Positions 1 to 7,932 of a stretch of DNA of 42,223 nucleotides are shown here, piece by piece (position 1 is the first letter of the stretch; every line of letters starts with the position of its first letter). Both the position numbers and the translations under genes were made by a program. The stretch is from a virus (lineage: Duplodnaviria > Caudoviricetes), in the IMG/VR virus record IMGVR_UViG_3300009678_000088, positions 1 to 42,223 of that record; one strand, written 5' to 3'. A model generated the notes under the pieces. That model worked only from the letters and a program-made list of their open reading frames with translations, searched no databases and was not told the origin of the DNA.

Positions 1-76
1 ATAGTGGTTGCACGTTTACAACCAAATAGAGCGATGGGCACGGGAGGTGTTCGCTTAGCGAATTGGAGTTACTCCT

Positions 77-355
77 ATGAGCAACGTGAACGATTTCCCC
101 ATTATCCGGGCGGAAGCACTAGGCAAGCTGGCAAAAGGCGACGTCATAGGTGTTCTTACGAACGTAGTAGATGGTGAGCCAACTGCGGCAGGAACGCGTA
201 CAATCGTGGCTGACAGTCTTGTGATAGGCAAGGCACAGTTTCACCGGGAAAAGATTGTCCTGTTCTCGCAAGTGGACCAAGACGCGGCCAAGGCAAAGTC
301 CGGTAACGGACGAGTCAAGAGCACCAAGAGCAAAAAGCTAAGCGCCCACATCTAG
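77..355 (+). CDS. hypothetical protein (92 aa, basic C-terminus), apparently its own transcription unit
   Basis: ATG preceded by GGAG; followed by a hairpin and T-tract at 420-452. Confidence 0.65.
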   Translation: MSNVNDFPIIRAEALGKLAKGDVIGVLTNVVDGEPTAAGTRTIVADSLVIGKAQFHREKIVLFSQVDQDAAKAKSGNGRVKSTKSKKLSAHI

Positions 356-418
356 GGGTCGCCTAGCGGACAATCGGTAAGACGCGAGCGTCCCCCGTTC
401 CCCCAAACGTGAAGTTAA

Positions 419-452
419 GAACCCTGTTAGAGATAGCAGGGTTCTTTTCTTA
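419..452 (+). terminator. Rho-independent terminator
   Basis: GAACCCTGTTA-GAGA-TAGCAGGGTTC hairpin followed by TTTTCTT. Confidence 0.75.
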
Positions 453-472
453 TGCCCGTCGCTACCCATGTT

Positions 473-500
473 GACGCCAGAGCGAGCGCCAGAGCGCCAG
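473..500. repeat. short tandem direct repeats (CGCCAG/AGCGCCAG x3)
   Basis: gacgccagagcgagcgccagagcgccagc in the left-end non-coding region. Confidence 0.4.
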
Positions 501-580
501 CACTAGGGCAAAACATGGCAAGACTGCGCCATACCCTACCGATGCCAGCTTGACCGGCGTAGATACGCTTACAATGCGAC

Positions 581-630
581 GTGTGAAATCTGTCACAAGC
601 TACACATTAGGATTGTGAAACTATTCACAA
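581..630. promoter_or_regulatory. two Rex/CRP-type palindromic operator sites
   Basis: GTGTGAA-ATCT-GTCACAA (581-598) and a perfect TTGTGAA-ACTA-TTCACAA (613-630); both also fit TGTGA-N6-TCACA. Confidence 0.6.
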
Positions 631-810
631 TACCAAATGGAGATACAAAGAAGAAACAAGATACCAGAAATACAATTCAGGTATTCCTTATACTAGTGCA
701 GGGGGTCTTAGCAATAGCTAGGTTTACTACGACAGTTGGCTTAGCTAGTTACGGATAAGCCGCGACAGCTAACATAGTAGCACTAACTGCGCGTTATGCC
801 CTTATAGGAG

Positions 811-839
811 TTGACAGACTGGCTGCCAGTTGATACGAT
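811..839 (+). promoter_or_regulatory. sigma70-type early promoter with extended -10
   Basis: TTGACA(811-816)-17 bp-TACGAT(834-839), TG at 831-832; the spacer holds the inverted repeat ACTGGC-T-GCCAGT. Confidence 0.7.
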
Positions 840-871
840 GGTGTCACCACTCGGAAAAGGAGTTGCTCTTA

Positions 872-1117
872 ATGCTAAACATACAGCCACTAGTCGGCGC
901 TCTTATAGATAAACATGGCAGTATACAAGCCGCTGCTAATGCGGCTGGCGTACATGCTAACCTAATCTACGGCGCTGATAAACACTACATGAGAATAGAT
1001 AACTTCATAAAACTAAGCAGAGCCGCAGGACAATCGCCTTCGGATATGCTAGAAAGGTGTCTTATAACAGAATATACCACAATAGAATATGATACGGAGG
1101 TAGAAGCATGGAACTAG
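872..1117 (+). CDS. putative Cro/C1-like helix-turn-helix transcriptional regulator
   Basis: AAGGAG SD then ATG at 872; SIQAAANAAGVHANLIYG...IDNFIKLSRAAG resembles an XRE/Cro HTH. Confidence 0.55.
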   Translation: MLNIQPLVGALIDKHGSIQAAANAAGVHANLIYGADKHYMRIDNFIKLSRAAGQSPSDMLERCLITEYTTIEYDTEVEAWN

Positions 1118-1392
1118 CAGAGCTACACCGGATGTTCCCTACTAGGGCGGTCGGCACTAGGAAGCGCCGTGTTAGTAAGAACGGCCGGGTTACTACACGT
1201 AAGGCAAGTCCAGTGGATTTGCTATTCTTCGGCGGGGCTAGCATAGGTGATACGCTTAGCGTTAAGCCAGTGACGCCGGATAACCCCGCTATTCCCGTAG
1301 TTAAGAGCCGCTGGTGGCCGGGTATGCTAGACCAAGAGGGAGAAAACAGTTGGGCCTTTATTAATAACACTGGAGGAACAACTAAACTATGA
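1108..1392 (+). CDS. hypothetical protein
   Basis: GGAGG SD; coupled to neighbouring ORFs. Confidence 0.65.
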   Translation: MELAELHRMFPTRAVGTRKRRVSKNGRVTTRKASPVDLLFFGGASIGDTLSVKPVTPDNPAIPVVKSRWWPGMLDQEGENSWAFINNTGGTTKL

Positions 1393-1817
1393 CTTATCTA
1401 CTTGCTTTCATCTACGCTACTGTTATGTTCTACGTAGCAGTCGTGGCAGCTTCGGCTGCACCCTCGGATAAGGTAACAATATGCCACGCTGCTGGACTTG
1501 CTGGCACTACGCACTACGTAGAGCTTACAATTTCATACAACGCTGCATTTGGACAAGCCGGACACTTCTACGAGAACGGTACACCTCGCGCAGGGCACGA
1601 ACAGGACTACCTAGGACAGTGTGCCGCCGCATCCACGCCTACTCCAAGTGCGGCGCCGACTCCTAGCCCGACCCCTGAAGCTACACCCGTAGTACCAACC
1701 GAAACAGCTACACCTACACCTAGCATACAGGAGGTGCCGACACCAACGCCGCAAATCGTAGGAACTTCGATAAGCCGTGGCCCTATTCAGCTACCGAACA
1801 CGGGAGGAACACGCTAA
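1389..1817 (+). CDS. secreted/surface protein: signal peptide, KVTICH Cys/His domain, Pro/Thr linker, terminal LPNTG
   Basis: Hydrophobic N-terminus with AxA cleavage-like site; DKVTICHAAG...GH...GHEQDYLGQC; TPTP-rich linker; ends LPNTGGTR*. Confidence 0.75.
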   Translation: MTYLLAFIYATVMFYVAVVAASAAPSDKVTICHAAGLAGTTHYVELTISYNAAFGQAGHFYENGTPRAGHEQDYLGQCAAASTPTPSAAPTPSPTPEATPVVPTETATPTPSIQEVPTPTPQIVGTSISRGPIQLPNTGGTR

Positions 1818-1818
1818 T

Positions 1819-1995
1819 ATGAAAGTACGGTTCGTAAACTATTGGCTTACGCACTGGACAGGACAAGTTGAAAACGTTCATATACACGGTATGAAACTCG
1901 TAACTATCTATGAGGGAGAACTGTTTATCGTAGTCTCCGAAGTAGTAGGGGTAGTCGTAGTTGACAATACCTTAGTTATACTCGGAAAGGGGTAA
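1819..1995 (+). CDS. small hypothetical protein (58 aa)
   Basis: GGGAGG SD at ~1802-1807, ATG at 1819. Confidence 0.55.
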   Translation: MKVRFVNYWLTHWTGQVENVHIHGMKLVTIYEGELFIVVSEVVGVVVVDNTLVILGKG

Positions 1996-2016
1996 CGCAT
2001 AAGGTCGTTATAGCAC

Positions 2017-2046
2017 TTGACACCGGCTGGTTCGGTGTGGTAAGCT
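2017..2046 (+). promoter_or_regulatory. sigma70-type promoter driving the PEP-domain operon
   Basis: TTGACA(2017-2022)-18 bp-TAAGCT(2041-2046) with TGTGG extended -10; CACCG-N7-CGGTG inverted repeat in the spacer. Confidence 0.65.
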
Positions 2047-2095
2047 GTTGCAGCATCGAACCAATCCATCCAGATACTATATAAGGAGAGTAAAC

Positions 2096-2431
2096 ATGGA
2101 AAAGAATATCTTGTGCCGCGGTAGTTCAGCTAGCCTCGGTAAAGGTAAAGGGCCAGTCCGTCTCTACCCCGAAGGGACTACGGACTTCTCGGACTTTCGT
2201 AAGGGTGACGTACTCGTTACCCCCATGACTAACCCTGACTTCGTATCCGTTATGAAGATGGCCGAGGCTATCGTTACGGACATCGGCGGTATCACCTGCC
2301 ACGCTGCTATCATAGCGCGCGAGTTCGGCGTTCCTTGTATCGTAGGTACTGGCAATGCAACCAAAGTGCTAAAGATAGGCGACGTTGTAATCGTAAATGC
2401 TACAGATGGGGAGGTTTACACTGTCAACTAA
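2096..2431 (+). CDS. stand-alone PEP-utilising enzyme mobile (swivelling phosphohistidine) domain, PEP-synthase-like
   Basis: AAGGAG SD, ATG 2096; GDVLVTPMTNPDF...AIVTDIGGITCHAAIIAREFGVPCIVGTGNAT matches the PEP synthase/PPDK phospho-His signature; no ATP-grasp or pyruvate-binding domain. Confidence 0.92.
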   Translation: MEKNILCRGSSASLGKGKGPVRLYPEGTTDFSDFRKGDVLVTPMTNPDFVSVMKMAEAIVTDIGGITCHAAIIAREFGVPCIVGTGNATKVLKIGDVVIVNATDGEVYTVN

Positions 2432-2477
2432 TCCCAAGCCAGAAGATAAACCCTTTATCTATGGAGGAAAAATATAT

Positions 2478-3881
2478 ATGGATGGGGAAGCACACGGAAC
2501 ATTCAACAAGGGCGTATTTCAAAACTATCTTAATTCGCTCTCCGGATGGGATAAGCCAGAGCCAAAGATAGCAGAAACTACTTCTCCTAAGTGCACCCAT
2601 TGTAGCGCCTATGCCGTGATGAAGGTAAGCGGCGTCTCCTACTGTGCACACTGTAAGTCAGTGCCCGGCGATACTACAAATACGCAAGACCCCTCGGTAG
2701 AAGTAATACCACCGAATAAACTATACGTAATCCAGTGGGGTAAGAAGGGCGGAGAATACTACGAATACTACTCACATACTTTTAAGAAGGAGTACAAATA
2801 CATAGCTAACGGTTATAACCCTGAACCGCACAAGGTACTTAACCAAGAGCCGAGACTCTTTGGTAAGTGTGTCGTATGTGCTGGCACTTACTGTGAGAAG
2901 TGCGATGGGTGTGCTGCTAACTGCGAATGTCCATTCGTATGCCAAGGGTGTAACGAACAAAAGAGCAAGCGTGTTCGGGCAAAGAACAGTAACAGCTATT
3001 GCAATAGTTGCCTGTGTAAATTCTGCCAGAGGCCGATGGCTGAACACGCGAAGCTCAACCTTCTATGCCCTGTGTGTACTACCAAGCAGTGTATACACGG
3101 CTGTCCTCATAATGACCAGCGGGTAGTAGCGAGCGAAGTATGGCGCATGTCTGATATTAACGTATCAGAGATGGCAGCTAAGTTCTACTTCGAGATGTAC
3201 CGCTCGCTTAAGACACCAGATAAGTACCTTCGCGGGTACGAAGACCATAAGCACACACTAGCACCGATACTGGCTTCCTACCTAGACATGGTAGTTGGTG
3301 GTGAACTAAGACACGCTGGTTCACAGCTACCGGGCGTTGCGGTTAACGACTTCACACTAGCACGTAGGTTCATTAAGAAGTCCGGTGGTATAGGTAGGAA
3401 CGGTGGTTGGGCACACTGGTACAAGTATCGGAAGAAGTACGGGCTGCAAATACTAGAGGAAGCTGCGGCTCTGATGCACTCATATGAATGGCGTGGTAGC
3501 TACGGCGGTGAGTCATGGGGTAGCTGTGCTGACACACTGCTACGCTTCTACCGGGGAGAGATTTCATCCGAGCTTTTCATTGACCTAGCCTTTGCATTGG
3601 AACACAACAACGGCTGCATCTTTGATAAGTTCTTCGGCGGTACTAGAAAGATACGCCGGGTACTGGACGCTAACCTCGCCAGTGACTACCAAAAGCTGGC
3701 CGGATATCTACCTATGAATGAGCGGGAGAACGGATACCAATATCTACTGGAACTTAACGGCATAGATGCAGAGGAGGCTAACAGAATAGCAAAGAATCAA
3801 GCAAACGAGTATAAATATGATTATGAAGATGATGAAGAAAATTACTGCACTTGCTCAGAGTGTAATAGGCGGGAGGACTGA
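2478..3881 (+). CDS. Cys-rich (multi-CxxC) protein with a conserved-looking helical C-terminal domain of unknown function
   Basis: ORF open from 2397; GGAGG SD favours ATG 2478; many CxxC pairs in the N-half; C-half has GGELRH, SYGGESW and FIDLAFALEHNNGCIFDK motifs. Confidence 0.8.
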   Translation: MDGEAHGTFNKGVFQNYLNSLSGWDKPEPKIAETTSPKCTHCSAYAVMKVSGVSYCAHCKSVPGDTTNTQDPSVEVIPPNKLYVIQWGKKGGEYYEYYSHTFKKEYKYIANGYNPEPHKVLNQEPRLFGKCVVCAGTYCEKCDGCAANCECPFVCQGCNEQKSKRVRAKNSNSYCNSCLCKFCQRPMAEHAKLNLLCPVCTTKQCIHGCPHNDQRVVASEVWRMSDINVSEMAAKFYFEMYRSLKTPDKYLRGYEDHKHTLAPILASYLDMVVGGELRHAGSQLPGVAVNDFTLARRFIKKSGGIGRNGGWAHWYKYRKKYGLQILEEAAALMHSYEWRGSYGGESWGSCADTLLRFYRGEISSELFIDLAFALEHNNGCIFDKFFGGTRKIRRVLDANLASDYQKLAGYLPMNERENGYQYLLELNGIDAEEANRIAKNQANEYKYDYEDDEENYCTCSECNRRED

Positions 3882-3882
3882 C

Positions 3883-5385
3883 ATGACATACAACTACTAC
3901 CCTGCCTGTGCTTCATGCGGCGAGCCGCGGATGATTTCAGTAAGGTGTCATACCTGTACCCGTTATGTATGCGACGTCTGCATATGGTCGGGAGACATCT
4001 GCAATACCTGTCATATGGAAGGACTATACGGTAAGACAGAAGAAGAAACAACAAGAGAAACTACAGACGATGGTACTCCTATCATCCCGCTTTGGTGTGG
4101 TAACTGCATGGACATTAGACAGTTCGTTGGTTACACTTCGGAGTCGGGTGAACTATACCCGTGGTGCGTAACCTGCTACAGTACATGGTCACCCCATGAT
4201 ATTACTAAGGAACAGGTGGTTGCTCCGGGCGTAGACATCAACTGGCTACACGCTAACTGGACACAGCTAGCCGGAGAGGGTGATACAGTAGCCACTGTAG
4301 ATACTGCGGAGAAGTTGTCAGACCAAGAACTATACTGCATCAACTGTAAGCGTATAACTAAGCACATAGATACGCACAGTAAGGTAGTTACTGAGGAATG
4401 GGAGTGCGTCTCCTGTAAGCGTAGGCGTTGTGACTACGGTAAGCAGACTAACAACCACTTTAGGGACTGCCACCACTGGCGGGACACGATACAAGTAGGA
4501 CAGTATACAGTCACCGTGTCTGCTAGTTCCGATGGGGTATGGGGCAGGGCACATAAGGCAGATGCACTCGAACCGGACTACGGACTCTACCTAGCCAACA
4601 CATGGGCAGGTAAGGTCGTAGTTACGCCGGACTTCCCTCGTGCTAGTAACCTTATACCCCTGAACCACAGCTACCCTAAGATTATCTTCGATTGGGTAGA
4701 CTACTCGACGCCACGACCAACGGACTTGCTAGCCGTATTCGAGTGGGTTAAGGAACAGATACGTGACGGCGCCCGCATAGACCTCGGCTGCTTTGGTGGA
4801 CACGGTAGAACGGGAACGTTCCTAGCCCTGCTAATCATGGAGTTCGAGGGTCTTAGTCCCGCAGATGCTACTCAAGCTGTGTGGGATAGGCACTGTAAGG
4901 AAGCCATCGAAACGGTAGGACAAGAGAACTTCATCTACACATGGGCAGGGCAAGAGCCACCGGTAAGGACACCGACCAAGGTATGGACAGCATACAAGTC
5001 TAAGGCTAACGGGCAGGCTAATGGTAACAGCGGCAGTTTCAAGTATGCATCACGCGCAGAGAAGCGACAAGCTAAGGCCAGCCGTAAGCGTAACCGCAGA
5101 AACTTCCGTGACTTTGCCGAGGCCATGCGTGACCAAGCAGATAAGCAGAGTATAAAGTGGGAGGTATACCTTAAGACCACGGTAGAAAACAAGTCAACCT
5201 ACTGGCACTGTGAGGCATGCTGGCACTGGATGGGCGAGTCTAGCATTAAGGAGGCAGGCAAGAGTGCAAAGATAAAAAGAGAATGTTCCGAGTGTCAAGA
5301 GACACGAGAGTTTCAGCGCCCGTTCTACCTATACGAGGACACACGGACTAGTGGAAAGGAAAAGCTTAATGACTGCTCCGTATGA
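3883..5385 (+). CDS. Cys-rich protein containing a dual-specificity/tyrosine phosphatase (CX5R) domain
   Basis: GGGAGG SD; WVDYSTP (acid loop), DLGCFGGHGRTGT (C-x5-R P-loop), AIETVGQ; flanking Zn-ribbon CxxC pairs and a basic helix. Confidence 0.85.
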   Translation: MTYNYYPACASCGEPRMISVRCHTCTRYVCDVCIWSGDICNTCHMEGLYGKTEEETTRETTDDGTPIIPLWCGNCMDIRQFVGYTSESGELYPWCVTCYSTWSPHDITKEQVVAPGVDINWLHANWTQLAGEGDTVATVDTAEKLSDQELYCINCKRITKHIDTHSKVVTEEWECVSCKRRRCDYGKQTNNHFRDCHHWRDTIQVGQYTVTVSASSDGVWGRAHKADALEPDYGLYLANTWAGKVVVTPDFPRASNLIPLNHSYPKIIFDWVDYSTPRPTDLLAVFEWVKEQIRDGARIDLGCFGGHGRTGTFLALLIMEFEGLSPADATQAVWDRHCKEAIETVGQENFIYTWAGQEPPVRTPTKVWTAYKSKANGQANGNSGSFKYASRAEKRQAKASRKRNRRNFRDFAEAMRDQADKQSIKWEVYLKTTVENKSTYWHCEACWHWMGESSIKEAGKSAKIKRECSECQETREFQRPFYLYEDTRTSGKEKLNDCSV

Positions 5386-5665
5386 ACTGGAAGACCTGCT
5401 AGAGTACGAGGCGTACGCAAAGAAGCATATTGCTAAACTTAATGAAGAAAATAGGAAGCTTATTGAGCAACGCGAGGGGCTAAAGAGGGCACTAGCTACC
5501 GCCAAGGAAAACCTAGATGTCATACATACTAGGATTGCTAAGGATAGGAGTGCTGAGTCCCGCCTTGCCGAAGCAGAGGGGCTGCTGTACGAAGGCTCGG
5601 CTGATGGCGACTCGTTGGAGTACGATGCCGCAGACCCACTAGCAGACGTGATAGCGAGCTACTAA
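5369..5665 (+). CDS. hypothetical coiled-coil protein
   Basis: AAAGGA SD; heptad Leu/Glu/Lys pattern; acidic tail. Confidence 0.65.
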   Translation: MTAPYELEDLLEYEAYAKKHIAKLNEENRKLIEQREGLKRALATAKENLDVIHTRIAKDRSAESRLAEAEGLLYEGSADGDSLEYDAADPLADVIASY

Positions 5666-5691
5666 ATATATTTTTGGAAGGGGCTTTACTT

Positions 5692-5883
5692 ATGAGTGAT
5701 GAAGAGAGCCGGAGAGAGGATGCTAAGCGTGAAGAATGGGAAGATGCACATTACTACGGACGATGCGAAAGCTGCGGTTGTCCAGTATTTATTGAAGAGT
5801 CGTGGGCGGAGACGCTTATTGACCCTGCTAGCGGTAGGGCACTCTGCTCCAACCGAGAGTGCAGAGAAGAAGTAGAATGGTGA
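5692..5883 (+). CDS. small acidic Zn-finger protein
   Basis: CESCGC...CSNREC; ATG 5692. Confidence 0.6.
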   Translation: MSDEESRREDAKREEWEDAHYYGRCESCGCPVFIEESWAETLIDPASGRALCSNRECREEVEW

Positions 5884-5886
5884 TAC

Positions 5887-7371
5887 ATGACTGTTGACTT
5901 GACACAGCTAGGCGGTAAGTTCTCTGAGCTACGTGGTACACAGGCTGACATACTAGCTAGCCTGATAAGCACCGACAATAAGGTGATGATGGCCGAAGCA
6001 CCTACGGGTATCGGTAAGTCTCTGATTGCGCTAGGTCTGCACCAACTGCTGCGTTCTAAGTTTACCGTCGTGTCAACAGGTACTATCTCACTGCAAGAGC
6101 AGTATACTAGGGACTTCCCTACCGCTACTGCACTACTAGGCCGTCGCAATTTCGTGTGTGAACGCAACGGGTTGTCGGCAGCAGAGGCACCTTGCACTAT
6201 AGATAACAGCCTCGACTGCGCTTCTGCGTACCATGAACAGGAGCGTGCGTACTGGAAATCAGCGTGTGTTATTACTAACTATGCGCTGTTCGCCAGCGAG
6301 CTACTGCACGGTAGCAGGTGGATTAACAGGCGCCCGGAACTACTGGTATGTGACGAGGGACACCGACTACTGGACTACCTCACTGAGGCGGAGGCAGTGG
6401 AGATTGACTGCACGTTAGCAGAGAAGCTAGGTCTTAAAGTGGGAGAGCTAGTCTCCCTCGCACAGGCTAAGGGATGGGCAAAGGTAAACATCAAAGGGAT
6501 TAAGGGTAGGGCAACGGCCGAGATTATGGCAGGTAGTAAACGCGCAGGTATGTGGATGTCTATGCTGCGACAGGTTACCTCAGTCATTGAGGCTGACCCT
6601 AACCTAATCGTTACACGTAAGGGGAAATACTTCAAGGCCGTGCCCCTGTGGCCGAAGAGTAGTGCCACCGCCATGACTGAATCAGCGGACAAGATACTTA
6701 TTATGTCGGCTACCCTGTACGGGGGAGAGTTTCTGGCGGGACTACTAGGCATCGACGACTACTACTACACGAGTGCCGAGTCACCCTTCCCCACTGATAG
6801 CTGGCCCGTATACTATCGACCCGTAGCCACGATGAACAAACGTGCAGGGGCACAGGCATGGGTTACTATGGGCGACGAGTGCCACCGCTATATGCACGAC
6901 GAACCGGAGAGCGGCGCCATACATGTAGCCTCGTTCAAGCAGGCGGAGTTGATAGCCCGCCGCATCCTAATGTGTGCTCAATGTCGGCGGCGCCTGATAG
7001 TACAGAAGATGGGAGAGACACGCAATGACACACTGAAACAGTTCCGAGCGCAGGAAGGTGCATGGATAGTACACCCTTCGATTGGAGAGGGGGAATCATT
7101 TGACGACGAGCTTTGCCGCGTCCAGCTTATAGCTAAGATACCCTTCCCTGACCTAGGTGATGCACTGGTCAAGCTACGTGCAGCGGACTCCGAGTTAGGC
7201 CAACGCTTCTACTTCCACTCGACCGCGGCTAAGGTAGTGCAGATTGTAGGCAGGGGCATGCGCCATCAGGACGACCACTGCCGGACATACATACTTGACA
7301 ACAGCTTCGGCATGCTGTATGATAAGAACCGCACGGCCTTCCCGCCGTGGTTCCAACGACAGTTAAGATAG
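5887..7371 (+). CDS. dinG: DinG/YoaA/XPD-family SF2 DNA helicase
   Basis: APTGIGKS Walker A, LQEQY, VITNY, CDEGH Walker B, MSATL, IAKIPFP, QIVGRGMRHQDD motif VI; Cys cluster in the Fe-S region. Confidence 0.9.
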   Translation: MTVDLTQLGGKFSELRGTQADILASLISTDNKVMMAEAPTGIGKSLIALGLHQLLRSKFTVVSTGTISLQEQYTRDFPTATALLGRRNFVCERNGLSAAEAPCTIDNSLDCASAYHEQERAYWKSACVITNYALFASELLHGSRWINRRPELLVCDEGHRLLDYLTEAEAVEIDCTLAEKLGLKVGELVSLAQAKGWAKVNIKGIKGRATAEIMAGSKRAGMWMSMLRQVTSVIEADPNLIVTRKGKYFKAVPLWPKSSATAMTESADKILIMSATLYGGEFLAGLLGIDDYYYTSAESPFPTDSWPVYYRPVATMNKRAGAQAWVTMGDECHRYMHDEPESGAIHVASFKQAELIARRILMCAQCRRRLIVQKMGETRNDTLKQFRAQEGAWIVHPSIGEGESFDDELCRVQLIAKIPFPDLGDALVKLRAADSELGQRFYFHSTAAKVVQIVGRGMRHQDDHCRTYILDNSFGMLYDKNRTAFPPWFQRQLR

Positions 7372-7378
7372 GAGTGAA

Positions 7379-7528
7379 ATGCAAGACATGATAACGACTA
7401 GAGAAAGAAGAGAACATCACATGACAGACTTCTTAATAGCCCTTAACATAATAATTTTTCTTGTATTGTACACTTTACTCGTTTTCCTACTTGGTTTCGC
7501 AGTAGGTGTATTAATAGAGGGAGAATGA
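7379..7528 (+). CDS. small single-TM membrane protein
   Basis: AGGAG SD; FLIALNIIIFLVLYTLLVFLLGFAVGVLI hydrophobic run (own translation). Confidence 0.55.
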   Translation: MQDMITTRERREHHMTDFLIALNIIIFLVLYTLLVFLLGFAVGVLIEGE

Positions 7529-7674
7529 TGTTAGGACTTACTAACTATCTGACAACAGCGCAGAGCCTACGCCTAACACATGCCTATCTCAGTGCATGGG
7601 CTATCGTACTGGCACCGTGGCTCTTGCTGTGGGAACAGCCTGCGGTAGAGGATAAGACATTACAGTGGGACTAA
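7525..7674 (+). CDS. small hypothetical protein (49 aa)
   Basis: ATGA overlap with the upstream stop; GAGGG SD. Confidence 0.45.
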   Translation: MMLGLTNYLTTAQSLRLTHAYLSAWAIVLAPWLLLWEQPAVEDKTLQWD

Positions 7675-7841
7675 TAACCTCAAAGTACTGTCACACTAAT
7701 TGGGGTACGAATGTACACATTACTAATGATGAGCGGACTACCCTATGTAACCGACGTGTACATAAGACACTGTGGCAGATAACAGGACGAAAGGTGTGTT
7801 ACCTCTGTGACGCCAGAAGCAGACAAAGTAACGACGTGTAG
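7665..7841 (+). CDS. small Cys/His hypothetical protein
   Basis: GTG start; VH...LC...CYLC pattern; fills a gap in a dense operon. Confidence 0.4.
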   Translation: MGLITSKYCHTNWGTNVHITNDERTTLCNRRVHKTLWQITGRKVCYLCDARSRQSNDV

Positions 7842-7932
7842 TAGCTGCGGGGTCTATCGACTGTGCCGCCAGCACAGAGACCAATGGCTCTGCCTTAAGG
7901 GTAAGTACCGATGCTACAGGAAGAGAGTATAG
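7807..7932 (+). CDS. small Zn-finger-like protein
   Basis: CSSCGVYRLC...WLC...RC; stop abuts the polymerase ATG. Confidence 0.4.
   Translation: MTPEADKVTTCSSCGVYRLCRQHRDQWLCLKGKYRCYRKRV

Noticed and set aside
2397-2477. Programmed frameshift fusing the PEP domain to the downstream Cys-rich ORF
   Set aside because: The frames overlap by 35 nt, but no slippery site is evident and the downstream ORF has its own GGAGG-ATG at 2478
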